64,000 nucleotides of DNA, taken from contig JBFMAY010000006.1 of the NCBI GenBank assembly GCA_040755455.1, positions 1-64,000 of the forward strand, read 5' to 3'. Positions 37,391-48,100 of the stretch are shown here, one piece after another; the stretch's first letter is position 1, and each line of letters opens with the position of its first letter. The position numbers and the translations under genes are program-made. The DNA is from Thermodesulfobacteriota bacterium (GTDB taxonomy: Bacteria > Desulfobacterota > Desulfobulbia > Desulfobulbales > SURF-16). Below the pieces are notes generated by a model that worked only from the letters and a program-made list of their open reading frames with translations, made no database searches and was not told the origin of the DNA.

Positions 37391-39808
37391 CTACCGGCAT
37401 CGGGGATCAAGAGTTTTTTGGGGGATTCGGGAAGCTGCGGCCGCAGTCAGATAGGCCGCCGCTGCCAGGAGCATGACCGCTTGAAAACCCAGCTCCACGG
37501 CCGTGATCGTTGCCAGGGCAGTGCTGAGCACTGACACGCAGCCGTTTATCCCCCAGGCCCAGCCCACCAGATCCTGGTTCCTGGCGGCCAGGGCGCGGAG
37601 CCCGAGGGGAAAGGGAAAGCCCATGGCCAGGGCGGGCGGGCCGATGAAAAACAGGGAACAAAGCGCCTTCCAGCCAAGACCCAGGCCCATGGTTGTGCGC
37701 ACCAGGGCCGGCATCAGCAAGGCCCACAGGAGCACAAGCAGGGCGGCAGTGAGACTGGCCTTTTGCGAGCCGGCCCAGCCGGCCGGCACCTTCAGCGACA
37801 GAAAGCTGCCCAGGCCGGAGAAGGTGAGGACGGCACCGAGCACGGCAGCGGCAGCATAGATGGGCCGGCCGAAATAGAGCACCAGTTCGTGGATAAAGAC
37901 CATCTCCACAAACATGTAGCCGAACCCCAGACAACTGAAATAGACCAGCATCCGGCCGCGGTCCTGCCCTTGCCAGCCAAGGCGCAGCAAGGGCAGCAGG
38001 ATGAGCAGCACGGCTGCCGCAGCCATCTGCGCCAGGGTCAGGAAGACGATCAGATATCCCATCTCCAAAAAAGGCAGGGCCCGGGCTCCCAAGAGATCCA
38101 GCACCCGTGGCAGGCCGCTAAGGCGGAGAAATTGGGAGAAAAACGGCTGGTTATCCGTGGCGGGCCGGATATTGAAGTCGTGCTGCGCATAGAGGGCGGG
38201 GCGTTTCTGCGCTGCCAACAGGCGATCGAGATCGTCAAAGAAACTCTGATCATCAAGAACATGAAAACGATTTCGTTCCTCCGGACCAAGGCCGGGCAAA
38301 AGCAGGGGATCGAAGCGGAATTGCCGGCAAAAATCCCGCACTCCCTGCTGTTCCGACTCGGTGAGGGCAGAGCGCTTGACCAGGATGGTAACCGTGGCCC
38401 AACCGCGTATCGCGGCCACATGCTGCTCCGCCGCTGCCACCCCGGCCTGTTCGAGCATCTCGACGACGGTGGCCGCCAGCCGGAGCGGGGCCCGAGCCGG
38501 AAAGTCCAGCCAGGCGGAAAAGCGAATAAAGCCATCCGGACCCAGATGGTCCCACAGGTCCCGGAAGCCCTCCTTGGTGAGTAAATATTCCTCCTTCAGG
38601 GCAAAGAGACCAGCGGCCCCGCCAAAGGCGCCGGCCATGGGCACGATGATGAGGTCATAGCTTGACTGGTCAATGGCCAGCCAGGTTCGCGGCTCAAGAC
38701 CGGTGAACGCCACCCCGGAACTTTTCAACAGTGCCCCGGCGCTTGCCGGGTAGGTCGCGTCAAGCAGGGCTACGGCCGCTCGATGCGGCTCCACCAGCCG
38801 CACCGTTTGCGCCCCGTGGGCAAGGGACAGCACAGCATCATCGCTGCTGGCGGCGGAGAGCACCAGGACCCGGTCCGGCCTGGCCAGGGCATAGGGCAGG
38901 GCTCCGGCAGCAGCCGCGAGCATCGGTGCTGCCCGTTCCGGAGGCCACAGGGGCACCGCCGTGAACCAGTCGCCGTTATTGAATAGGACATCGCGTACCG
39001 CAATGGGCCCGGCATAGGTAAGGCTGACATCCGGGGCATGACGCAGGGCCGGCGCGGAAACCGCCTGGACCAGGCCGTAGGGGCTCAAGCGTTGGGCCGT
39101 AACACGGGCATCCGGGAGGTTCAGGGCCCGGCTTAGGTCCTTGTAAGGGGACAAATGCAAGGCCGGGGCCCGGACAAGAAAGACCGCCACCACCATTGCG
39201 GTCAAACCCGCGCCCAGCCACCAGCGAGGATGACGACCAGCGGGCAGGAGCAGGCAGCCGGCGATCAGGGGCAGGATTGCGGCCAGGGCCGGCAGTTGTT
39301 CGGGGCGATAAAACCACATGAGGATTACCGCCGCTCCGCCCCCCAGGCCGGAGCCGATCAGATTGGCGGCGTAAAGGGCATTGATCCGCTCGGGGTGCAG
39401 GGTAAAGGCCAAGCCGATGGGCAGGGCCCCGAGAAAAAAGGGGACAAAGAAGATCAGTTGCAAAAGAAACAAAGACCAGATCCGATGCGGGTCCAAAAAG
39501 AGCTGGCGGATATCGAAATCGCCGGCCAGGGACTGGGCCAGGGGCACGGCGCCTGCCATGGCGGCGGTGCAGGCAAAGAGCAGCAGCGGCAGCAGGGAGG
39601 CGCTCTGTTTCCGGAGCCGGTCGCGAAACAGGGCGATGACGGTGCCGCTGGCCCCAAAGCCGAGCAGGGCCACGGAGATGATGAGAAAGGCAAAATGATA
39701 CCACTGGACGATGGAGAGAATCTGCATCAAGGCCAGTTCCAGGGCGAGCAGGGCCATGGAGAGCAGGCCAACGGCCAGGGCCAGCCGCCCCTCCCCGGCC
39801 TTGGTCAC
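37391..39808 (-). CDS. Multi-TM membrane protein with spermidine-synthase-like SAM domain
   Basis: ELALMQ..IIS.ALLGFGASG, LYAANLIGSG, SPYG, central SAM-fold, MGFPFP.GL, WAWGING; GTG start overlaps pcm stop. Confidence 0.78.
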   Translation of the reverse strand: MTKAGEGRLALAVGLLSMALLALELALMQILSIVQWYHFAFLIISVALLGFGASGTVIALFRDRLRKQSASLLPLLLFACTAAMAGAVPLAQSLAGDFDIRQLFLDPHRIWSLFLLQLIFFVPFFLGALPIGLAFTLHPERINALYAANLIGSGLGGGAAVILMWFYRPEQLPALAAILPLIAGCLLLPAGRHPRWWLGAGLTAMVVAVFLVRAPALHLSPYKDLSRALNLPDARVTAQRLSPYGLVQAVSAPALRHAPDVSLTYAGPIAVRDVLFNNGDWFTAVPLWPPERAAPMLAAAAGALPYALARPDRVLVLSAASSDDAVLSLAHGAQTVRLVEPHRAAVALLDATYPASAGALLKSSGVAFTGLEPRTWLAIDQSSYDLIIVPMAGAFGGAAGLFALKEEYLLTKEGFRDLWDHLGPDGFIRFSAWLDFPARAPLRLAATVVEMLEQAGVAAAEQHVAAIRGWATVTILVKRSALTESEQQGVRDFCRQFRFDPLLLPGLGPEERNRFHVLDDQSFFDDLDRLLAAQKRPALYAQHDFNIRPATDNQPFFSQFLRLSGLPRVLDLLGARALPFLEMGYLIVFLTLAQMAAAAVLLILLPLLRLGWQGQDRGRMLVYFSCLGFGYMFVEMVFIHELVLYFGRPIYAAAAVLGAVLTFSGLGSFLSLKVPAGWAGSQKASLTAALLVLLWALLMPALVRTTMGLGLGWKALCSLFFIGPPALAMGFPFPLGLRALAARNQDLVGWAWGINGCVSVLSTALATITAVELGFQAVMLLAAAAYLTAAAASRIPQKTLDPRCR

Positions 39809-40590
39809 GGCGCCCTCCTTAACGGCACGAAGCTCACCGGAAACAGACTCCTGGTGATGATTTCGCCGTTGGACTTCTCCACCAGCATCAGGGTCTGGAC
39901 CAGGAACGGGGTTCCCACCGGAATCACCATCCTGCCGCCCTCTTTGAGTTGTTCGAGCAAGGGGGGCGGGACGAATTCGGCCGCCGCCGTGACCATAATA
40001 GCGTCAAAGGGGGCCTTTTCGGGCCAGCCGAAGAAGCCGTCTGCCTGCCTGGCATGCACGTTTTGCGGATAGCGGGTACGCAACCGGTCTGCAGCGCTCT
40101 GCGCCAGCTCCGCAATGATTTCGATGGTATACACCTCAACCCCGAGTTCAGCCAGCACCGCGGCCTGGTAGCCCGATCCGGTGCCGACCTCCAGGACACG
40201 AGCATGGGGTTGCAGGTTCAGCATCTCGGTCATGAATCCGACGATATAGGGCTGGGAAATGGTCTGGCCATAACCGATGGGCAGGGGGGTGTCGTCATAG
40301 GCGTATTTTATCGCCGCCTCCGGCACGAACAGGTGGCGGGGGACCCTGGTCATGGCATCGAGCACGGCCGCAGACCTTACCCCGCGGGCGCGGATCTGCT
40401 CCTCCACCATGTCGGCCCGCCGGCTTTGGTAGAGATCGCTCTCATCAGCGGCCCTCGCTTCTCCATGCCCCATGGCCAGGCAGCAGCGCAATAATCCGAT
40501 CCCGGCCGGCTCTCGACAGAACAACAACACGCCAAGGACCAGCAAGGTTATCATCATCCGGGCAGGCAGAAAACAGCGGTGGGCATGCAT
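39805..40590 (-). CDS. pcm: Protein-L-isoaspartate O-methyltransferase with N-terminal hydrophobic extension
   Basis: VPRHLFVP, GQTISQPYIV, LEVGTGSGYQAA, APFDAI.VTAA; start uncertain (40590/40557). Confidence 0.88.
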   Translation of the reverse strand: MHAHRCFLPARMMITLLVLGVLLFCREPAGIGLLRCCLAMGHGEARAADESDLYQSRRADMVEEQIRARGVRSAAVLDAMTRVPRHLFVPEAAIKYAYDDTPLPIGYGQTISQPYIVGFMTEMLNLQPHARVLEVGTGSGYQAAVLAELGVEVYTIEIIAELAQSAADRLRTRYPQNVHARQADGFFGWPEKAPFDAIMVTAAAEFVPPPLLEQLKEGGRMVIPVGTPFLVQTLMLVEKSNGEIITRSLFPVSFVPLRRAP

Positions 40591-40950
40591 AGTATTCCTC
40601 CCCCTTTTATGTCCGATGCCATTTGGGTGAGCTGGCAAGAATGCGGCCGGCAATATCTACCTGATATCGCGGTCATCCCCCCCTGTCAAGGGCAGAAAGG
40701 CCTGCAAGGCAGGAAGAGAGGCCAATGTTTTTTACCTGTGGCTCGGCATTTCGGCGGACTCGCCGGCTTAGAGCATTGTTTTCCATCACCATCGATACAC
40801 GTGGCGCATAACAAAAAATTGAACACGAAGAAATTTGCATGTGGTAAGATACTCAAGAGGAAGGCAGCCTGGACTTATACTGCGGCAGAATCCACATCTA
40901 AATCCTTTCTTTCCTCTAACCGATTCAACCTGCCGCAAAAGAGGTATCCC

Positions 40951-41811
40951 ATGCACCGTATCGTCACACATGTCTTTGTGGGGACCATTGCCGCGTTTTT
41001 GCTTTTCCCTTTTCTGCTTCATGCCGCATCGCAGAACGGGAAGCTAACTTTGGGCGTATTCCCCTATCTGTCACCGAACCAAATGGTGGAGCAACTCAGC
41101 CCCTTGGTAAAACGCATGGAAGAGGCCCTTGGCAGCAAGATCACCATGGTTTCCGCCCCTGACTTCATGAGTTATGTGGAGCGCACCGCCAAGGGTGAAT
41201 ACGACCTGGTGCTCACGGCGCCGCACATGGGGCGCCTGGCCCAGAAACGCGACGGCTGGCAGCTCGTGGTCATGTCCGCGCAACAGACCGCCACGGTGAT
41301 TCTGGTGCGCGAGGATTCGGGCATTGAGAGACTTGAGGATCTGCGAGGCAAGAGGATGGCCGTCGGCAATTGGCGGTCCGTGACCTATCTTCTGGCCGAG
41401 GAGGCCCTTGCCCGGAAGGGGCTTGCCCTGGGCAAGGATGTGCAGGTCGTCGAGACCGCCACCTTTTCCAATGTGGTACAGACCGTATTCCTGGGGGAAG
41501 TGGATGCCGGCGCCACCCCGACCCTGCTCTGGGACAACTGGATCCATGTCAATGATGAACAGCATAAACAACTCCGTGAAATCTTCCGCGCGCAGAAACC
41601 AGCCCCTCCTTCCTTTCTGGTAATGGTCCCCCCACAAACCGATCAGGCAGTCATCCTCCGGCTGCGGGAATCGCTGCTGGGCTTCAATGACACGCCGGAA
41701 GGCAGGGAGTTTATGCAGAAAAGTCAATACGAGTCGTTCCTGCCCCCTGACCAGGCTGCCATGGAGCGCCTCGACCCATACGTTCATGTCCTGGTTGAAC
41801 CGCAGCAATAA
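40951..41811 (+). CDS. PhnD/SsuA-like periplasmic substrate-binding protein
   Basis: Signal peptide; LTLGVFPY, DLVLTAPH, LEDLRGK, GEVDAG; ATG 40951 after GAGG. Confidence 0.8.
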   Translation: MHRIVTHVFVGTIAAFLLFPFLLHAASQNGKLTLGVFPYLSPNQMVEQLSPLVKRMEEALGSKITMVSAPDFMSYVERTAKGEYDLVLTAPHMGRLAQKRDGWQLVVMSAQQTATVILVREDSGIERLEDLRGKRMAVGNWRSVTYLLAEEALARKGLALGKDVQVVETATFSNVVQTVFLGEVDAGATPTLLWDNWIHVNDEQHKQLREIFRAQKPAPPSFLVMVPPQTDQAVILRLRESLLGFNDTPEGREFMQKSQYESFLPPDQAAMERLDPYVHVLVEPQQ

Positions 41812-41812
41812 A

Positions 41813-44812
41813 ATGAATATCCCGAGCCGCACCGTTCCCTGGCATCGTTCGTTACGTTTCAGGCTGGTGGTTGCCGCCATCACCGTCGAGCTGATCATGC
41901 TCTCGGCGTTGCTGGCCAACAGCTTCAGCCTTCTTGACAAAGCGGTTGTCTCGCAGACCCAGGCGCGGCTTGAGGCGCTGTCCCCCCTGCTTGACGCAGC
42001 GCTGGCCGGTCGGGTGTTCCAGCGGGACCACGTCGAGGTGAAGGCGATCCTCACCCGGTTGACCAACTCGCCGCTCACCGAGATAGAGTACCTCACCGTC
42101 CTGGATACGGCCGGCAATATCATTGCCTCAACGTCGCATCCGGATGCCGGAGCCCTGCCCGGGGAAGACCACAGCGTTAGCGCTGCGCTGCGTGACCTCA
42201 CCTATGATGTCCGCCTTCCGCTGACCATCCTCGGCACGGAAGTCGGATCGGTGTATTTCGGTCTGTCATTGGCGTCTATGGTCGCCACCCAGGATCAGGT
42301 GGTCAGGGAGGGGGTCATCATTGCCACGGTTGAAATTTTCCTGAGCATGCTGCTGCTTGCCTCAGGCGGTTATCTCATTACCCGCCACATCCGCTCCTTG
42401 ACCGATGGAACGCGCCGGATTGCCCAGGGTGACTACAACGCGCGGATCTTTATTCCCGGCAAGGATGAGATCGCCGTGCTGGCCAGCGACTTCAATGCCA
42501 TGTCCGAGGCGGTTGCCACCCATGTCAACGATCTCCGGGCCAGCGAAATGCGCTCCCAGGCCATCTTCAACTCAGTCAGCGAGGCAATTTTCATCCACGA
42601 TGCCGTCACCGGCATGATCCTCGATGTCAACCAGCCGATGTGCGAGATGTTCTCCTGTTCCCGCGAGGAGGCGATCGGCAACGATCTTGGTGTCTTCAGT
42701 TCCGATATTCCTCCGTATACCCTGGATGGTGCAATGGCTAAAATCCAGGCCGCCGTTGCCGGCGCCCGGCAACGATTTGACTGGCAGTCCAGAAGCCTGG
42801 ACGGGCGGATATTCTGGATTGAGGTCAGCATGCAGCTGGCGAAAATTGGCGACCACGACCGCCTGATTGCCGTGGTGCGCGACATCAGCGACAGAAAGAA
42901 GGCGGATGAGGAAAAAAATACCGCTATCGCCCGCTTTCAGACCCTGGTTGACAGCCTTGATGCCCTGGTCTATGTGGCAGACATGCAAACCCATACCATT
43001 CTGTTCATCAACAAATACGGCAGAGAGGTGTGGGGCGAAATCGAGGGGAAGATCTGCTGGCAAGCCCTGCAGGTCGGTCAGAGCGGCCCCTGTTCTTTCT
43101 GCACCAACGACAAACTCCTCAATACCGATGGAAAGCCCACCGGAACCTATGTCAGTCTGATCCGCAATACCGTAACCAGGCAATGGTACGAATGCCGCGA
43201 CCAAGCCATACAATGGACCGACGGACGTCTGGTCCGCTTGGAGATTGCCATCAATATCACCCCGCGCAAGGCGGCGGAAGAGGCCCTGGCGGCTGAGAAA
43301 GAACGCCTGTCCGTTACCTTGCGCAGCATTGGTGACGGGGTCATCACCACCGATACCGAAGGCAGAATTATTCTGATGAATGCCGTGGCGGAAAATCTGA
43401 CCGGCTGGGGCCAGCAGGAGTCACAGGGCAGGCCCCTTGCAGAGGTATTTCACATTGTTAATGCGCGAACCCTCACAACTTGCGAAAATCCGGTGGACAG
43501 GGTGCTGGCATCCGGGCAGATCATTGAACTGGCTCATCATACTGTTCTCGTTGCCAGGGGCGGGAATGAGCGGCGGATAGCGGACAGCGGGGCGCCAATC
43601 CGCGACGGAGAAGGGAATATTATTGGGGTGGTTCTGGTTTTCCGGGACGTCACGGAAAAACACCGGATGGAAGAGGAACTGCTGAAGGTGAAAAAGCTGG
43701 AGTCCGTTGGCGTGTTGGCGGGGGGGATCGCCCATGATTTCAATAACATCCTGACGGCCATCCTGGGCAATATCAACATCGCCCTGCTGGATGACACCTT
43801 GAAGTATGGGACACGAACACTGCTGACCGAGGCAGAAAAGGCGTCAATCAGGGCAAAGGATCTCACCCGGCAGCTGCTCACCTTTTCCAAGGGCGGTGAA
43901 CCCGTCAAAGAAACGGCATCAATCGCGGAAATTATCCACGATTCTGCTGAATTCGTGCTGCACGGAGGGAATGTGGCCTGCCAGTATTCCATCCCCGGCG
44001 ACCTCTGGCTGGTCGATATTGATAGAGGCCAGATAAGCCAGGTTATTCAGAACATCATCATCAACGCCAAACATGCCATGCCGGGCGGAGGTTATATCCG
44101 GGTGAGTTGCGAGAATGTCAGTGCGCAGTCCATCCCAGATATCACCCTCTCTGGAAAAGGCCGCTACATTAAAATCAACATTAGTGACAGCGGGACTGGT
44201 ATCCCGGACAATATCCTTGACAAAATATTTGATCCTTATTTCACCACCAAGCATGAAGGAAGCGGCCTTGGCCTTGCTATCACCCATTCCATTATCAGCA
44301 AGCATAATGGTCACATATCCGTGCATTCACAACAGGGCAAAGGAACAACTTTTACCATCTATCTCCCTGTCTCTGGCATGAAACAGGAAAAGAAAAACCG
44401 TGAAGAGATCATGACGGTGAAAGCGGACAAGGCTAAAATCATGGTTATGGATGATGACGAAATGGTCAGAAAGGTCGCCCAAGCCATGCTTTCCATGCTT
44501 GATCACGAAGTGGTCCTGGCACGGAACGGAGCGGAAGCGCTTTCATTATACAGAAAGCACCAGGACAGTGGCGAACCGATTGATCTCGTTATCATGGACT
44601 TGACTATCCCCGGCGGCATGGGGGGGAAAGAGGCGGTAAAGGAGATTCATGCCATCAACCCCGCCGCCAAGGTTATCGTTTCCAGCGGTTATTCCAATGA
44701 TCCGGTTATGGCATACTACAAGGAATATGGATTTGCCGCAGCTATTGTCAAACCTTTTCGGATACAGGACGTCTTGGGCATTATCAATCAATTGCTGGAA
44801 TCAAAGGCATAA
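41813..44812 (+). CDS. Hybrid sensor histidine kinase (2 TM, HAMP, 3 PAS, HisKA, HATPase, REC)
   Basis: DEI..LA..FN, GGIAHDFNN, DSGTG, FDPYFTTK, GSGLGL, MDDD..MDLTIP. Confidence 0.92.
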   Translation: MNIPSRTVPWHRSLRFRLVVAAITVELIMLSALLANSFSLLDKAVVSQTQARLEALSPLLDAALAGRVFQRDHVEVKAILTRLTNSPLTEIEYLTVLDTAGNIIASTSHPDAGALPGEDHSVSAALRDLTYDVRLPLTILGTEVGSVYFGLSLASMVATQDQVVREGVIIATVEIFLSMLLLASGGYLITRHIRSLTDGTRRIAQGDYNARIFIPGKDEIAVLASDFNAMSEAVATHVNDLRASEMRSQAIFNSVSEAIFIHDAVTGMILDVNQPMCEMFSCSREEAIGNDLGVFSSDIPPYTLDGAMAKIQAAVAGARQRFDWQSRSLDGRIFWIEVSMQLAKIGDHDRLIAVVRDISDRKKADEEKNTAIARFQTLVDSLDALVYVADMQTHTILFINKYGREVWGEIEGKICWQALQVGQSGPCSFCTNDKLLNTDGKPTGTYVSLIRNTVTRQWYECRDQAIQWTDGRLVRLEIAINITPRKAAEEALAAEKERLSVTLRSIGDGVITTDTEGRIILMNAVAENLTGWGQQESQGRPLAEVFHIVNARTLTTCENPVDRVLASGQIIELAHHTVLVARGGNERRIADSGAPIRDGEGNIIGVVLVFRDVTEKHRMEEELLKVKKLESVGVLAGGIAHDFNNILTAILGNINIALLDDTLKYGTRTLLTEAEKASIRAKDLTRQLLTFSKGGEPVKETASIAEIIHDSAEFVLHGGNVACQYSIPGDLWLVDIDRGQISQVIQNIIINAKHAMPGGGYIRVSCENVSAQSIPDITLSGKGRYIKINISDSGTGIPDNILDKIFDPYFTTKHEGSGLGLAITHSIISKHNGHISVHSQQGKGTTFTIYLPVSGMKQEKKNREEIMTVKADKAKIMVMDDDEMVRKVAQAMLSMLDHEVVLARNGAEALSLYRKHQDSGEPIDLVIMDLTIPGGMGGKEAVKEIHAINPAAKVIVSSGYSNDPVMAYYKEYGFAAAIVKPFRIQDVLGIINQLLESKA

Positions 44813-45035
44813 TTCGATTGCACTGATTTTCGCGGCATGACGGCGTAGAAAAGACAAACGCAGCCTTGCACCGTGGAAAAACTTCATTAGCACGAGCTGA
44901 TAAAACCCTCGCCAATCTGGCGATATCCCCCATCCGCCTCGGCTTATCACCACTTTCCCCTAACCGATGTGAAGAATTACAGGGTCTCCCCTCTGTAATT
45001 ATCCGTTTTTATGATATTTTTTATATGCTGCCTGC

Positions 45036-45051
45036 GGGCATGGTTATTGCC
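45036..45051 (+). promoter_or_regulatory. Sigma-54 (-24/-12) promoter
   Basis: GGCATGGTTATTGC = GG-N10-GC ~130 bp upstream of the ORF at 45182. Confidence 0.6.
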
Positions 45052-45181
45052 TATCCTGTAAATGGCAACATTTTGCCGTAGCCATGCGAGACAAAGCGCG
45101 GCAGTGATTATCGGCAGCAAACTCGTCTTGCGGCGCGGCATAACAAGCTGAACGATACAAACATCATCGCAAGGAGCGTGT

Positions 45182-48100
45182 ATGCGGCAACTGCTTTTGA
45201 GCCTCGTCTACCTGATGTTTTTCTTCTCCGGCGCGGCAGCACTCATTTATGAGGTGGTGTGGGTGCGGTCGCTCAGCCTGATTTTCGGCGGCACCCATCT
45301 GGCCGTGACCACCGTCCTCTCCGTTTTCATGGGCGGGCTCGCCCTTGGCAGCTATCACATCGGCAAGCGGGTCGATGCCCTGAAAAAGCCTTTGCGCTTC
45401 TATGGCTTGCTGGAGCTGGGCATTGCCCTGTCCGCCCTGGGTTTCATTGGGCTCATGCAGGTCTATCCAGCCGTCTATATCTTTTTGGTGCAGGGTGGGG
45501 AAAATTCAAATATATATATAACCTGCGTGCGGGTGATCTTTGCCGTGGTGGCCCTGATTGTCCCGACCACTCTCATGGGCGGTACCCTGCCGGTGCTCAT
45601 CCGGTTTGTTACCGGCAGTTCGGCAAAAATCGGCACGAAACTTTCCCTGCTCTATGGCATCAATACCCTGGGAGCGGTTGCCGGAACCGGGGTGGCCGGT
45701 TTTTTTCTGCTGCGCTTTTATTCGGTCAGCATGACGCTGTATACGGCAATCGCCATCAACACGGTAATCGGTGTGGCCAGCATCCTGCTGCAGGACAAGG
45801 TGGCGCAGGGCATCATTTCCCTGGCAAGGGAGGAAGAGCGGAGGGCTCAGCGGCCGGATGTCTTTCGTGGCAGGGACATCCTGGAACCTGGGGCGGGTAA
45901 TAATCTCTTTTCCGCCCGGCTGGTTCTGCTGGGCATCGGCATCAGCGGCTTCTGCGCCCTGGGTTATGAGGTGCTGTGGACGCGGATTCTCACCTTGACC
46001 ATCGGCACCAGTGTTTACGGCTTTTGCATCATGCTGGTGGCCTTTCTCACCGGTATCGCCCTGGGCAGTGAGGCCTATGGCCTGATGCGCAGATTGCAGC
46101 CCGCCGGAGACCGGGATAGGGCTACTCCACTGATTCTCGGCTTTGGGCTGGTGCAATGCACCATCGGCATGGCGGCATTGGTTGTGACATTTTATATCCG
46201 CGATCTGCCGACCCATTCCATCCAGCTGAGCGATTATTTTCTTGGTCGAGGCCTTGACGTGTTCCAGGCCCGGCAACTGGCCAACCTGGCCCTGGCTTTT
46301 TTCTATATGGTCGTTCCGGCCTTTTTCATGGGGCTGGCCTTTCCTCTTGCCGGCAAAGTCAATATCGCCTATCAGCGCAAGATTGGCCGTGCGGTGGGCG
46401 GGATGATGGCCTATAACACCATCGGCGCTATTCTCGGTTCAGCGGTCAGTGGATTTTTCATGATCTATGTGTTCGGCATCGAAAGATCACTGCAGATGCT
46501 GACCGGCATCAATTTCGGTTTTGGTTTGCTGGTGATCGCCAGTCTGCACAACAGAAAGGCCCTCAACCTGGCCATAGTCGGCGCGACACTGGCCATGATG
46601 CTGTTGCTGATCGCCAGGCCTGATGCCCTGCGGATGTGGAATGCCAAGTACTTTGCCATCTTCCAGAACAATAAGGCTCAATCCTATGATTCCCCGGCAA
46701 AGAAACAGGACGCCCTCGATAATACCGATGTCCTCTTTTATCACGAGGGGGTCAATTCAACGATAAGCTCCATTAAAATCAAGGGCGGCAACCAGGCGCT
46801 GCTGGTAAACGGCAAGGTGGTCGCCTCGGCCACCCTGAAGGACCGCCAGTGCCAGCTCACTCTGGGGCATCTGCCCATGCTCCTGCACAAAAATCCCAAA
46901 AGGGTGCTGGTGGTGGGTCTGGGCACCGGCATGACCCTGGGTGCCACCTCCATTCACCCTGGGGTGGAGGAGCTGACCCTGGCCGAGATCGAGCCCAATG
47001 TGGTGGGCGCCGCCCGGACCTTTGCCAGGTATAACAATAATGTGCTGGATGATCCGAAGCTACGGATCGTCTTTAACGATGCCCGTAATTTTCTGATGAC
47101 CACCAAAAAGAGATTTGACGTCATCACCGCCGACCCGATCCACCCCTGGACCCAGGGGGCAGGCTATCTCTACACCGCCGCGTATTTCAAACTGGCCGCC
47201 GAGCATCTGCTGCCCGGCGGCATCATGTGCCAGTGGCTGCCGATCTATGAACTAAGCGTTGCCGATCTGCAGTCCGTGGTGAAGACATTTTCCATAAACT
47301 TCAGGTATACCATGGCCTGGCTGACCCAGTATGATGCCCAGCTCATTGGCAGCGATTCGCCGATCATCATCGATGAGGAGGAGCTGCAGCGACGCATCTC
47401 GTTTACGGCAATTAATGAAGATCTCAACCCGGTGATGATGGGATCAGCAGCCGATTTCCTCAGTTATTTTGTCCTGGGCAAAAACGGGATGGAAGAATTT
47501 GCCGCAGACGGCATCATCAATACCGATGATAACCTGTACCTGGAATTCTCCACCCCGGTTTCAGTGGGCATCAATCGCATGGGGGAAAATGTGGAGGCCA
47601 TTTATCAGCATCGGGAAAGTATTCTGCCCTATCTGCGTGCAGCAGAAGACAAAACGGCCCGCAAGCAGCAGACCGGCAGGTGGGAGGAAGTCGGCAGGGC
47701 GGCGGAGATTGCCGACCGGGCTCATGCCCTGATGCTGAGCGGCGGATACAAGACGGCGGAATTTCAGAACCTCATGGCTAAACTTGACCGGCAATATTCC
47801 GCGTTTTCGCCGGGTCGGTTCATCCGGCAGGAGTATGAGGAGGAGGTGTTGAAGATCCCGACCTTGCTCGACAGGCTTCCTCTTACCCTTGCAAATAACG
47901 CGGGGGAAAAGGTGGTGGTGGAAATTTCGGCGGTCATCGCCCGGGTCAGTGAAGAAAGGGCCGCGCTCATCTTTGTTGACAACGCGGCCAGAATCATATT
48001 CGGGCAGCGCTATTTTTCCGGCATTGATGCTGATCAGAATATGTACGGTTTCGCCAGGGAGGTTCTGGCCGCCATCCGGGCCGTCTACCTTGAGCAGGCC

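Noticed and set aside
37133..37400. tRNA-anchored integrative element
   Set aside because: No integrase and no duplicated tRNA 3' end is visible in the window
45061..45181. Possible second riboswitch in the leader of the 1016-aa gene
   Set aside because: No GEMM core (GCAAA...GACGCAAAG) or other aptamer consensus recognised
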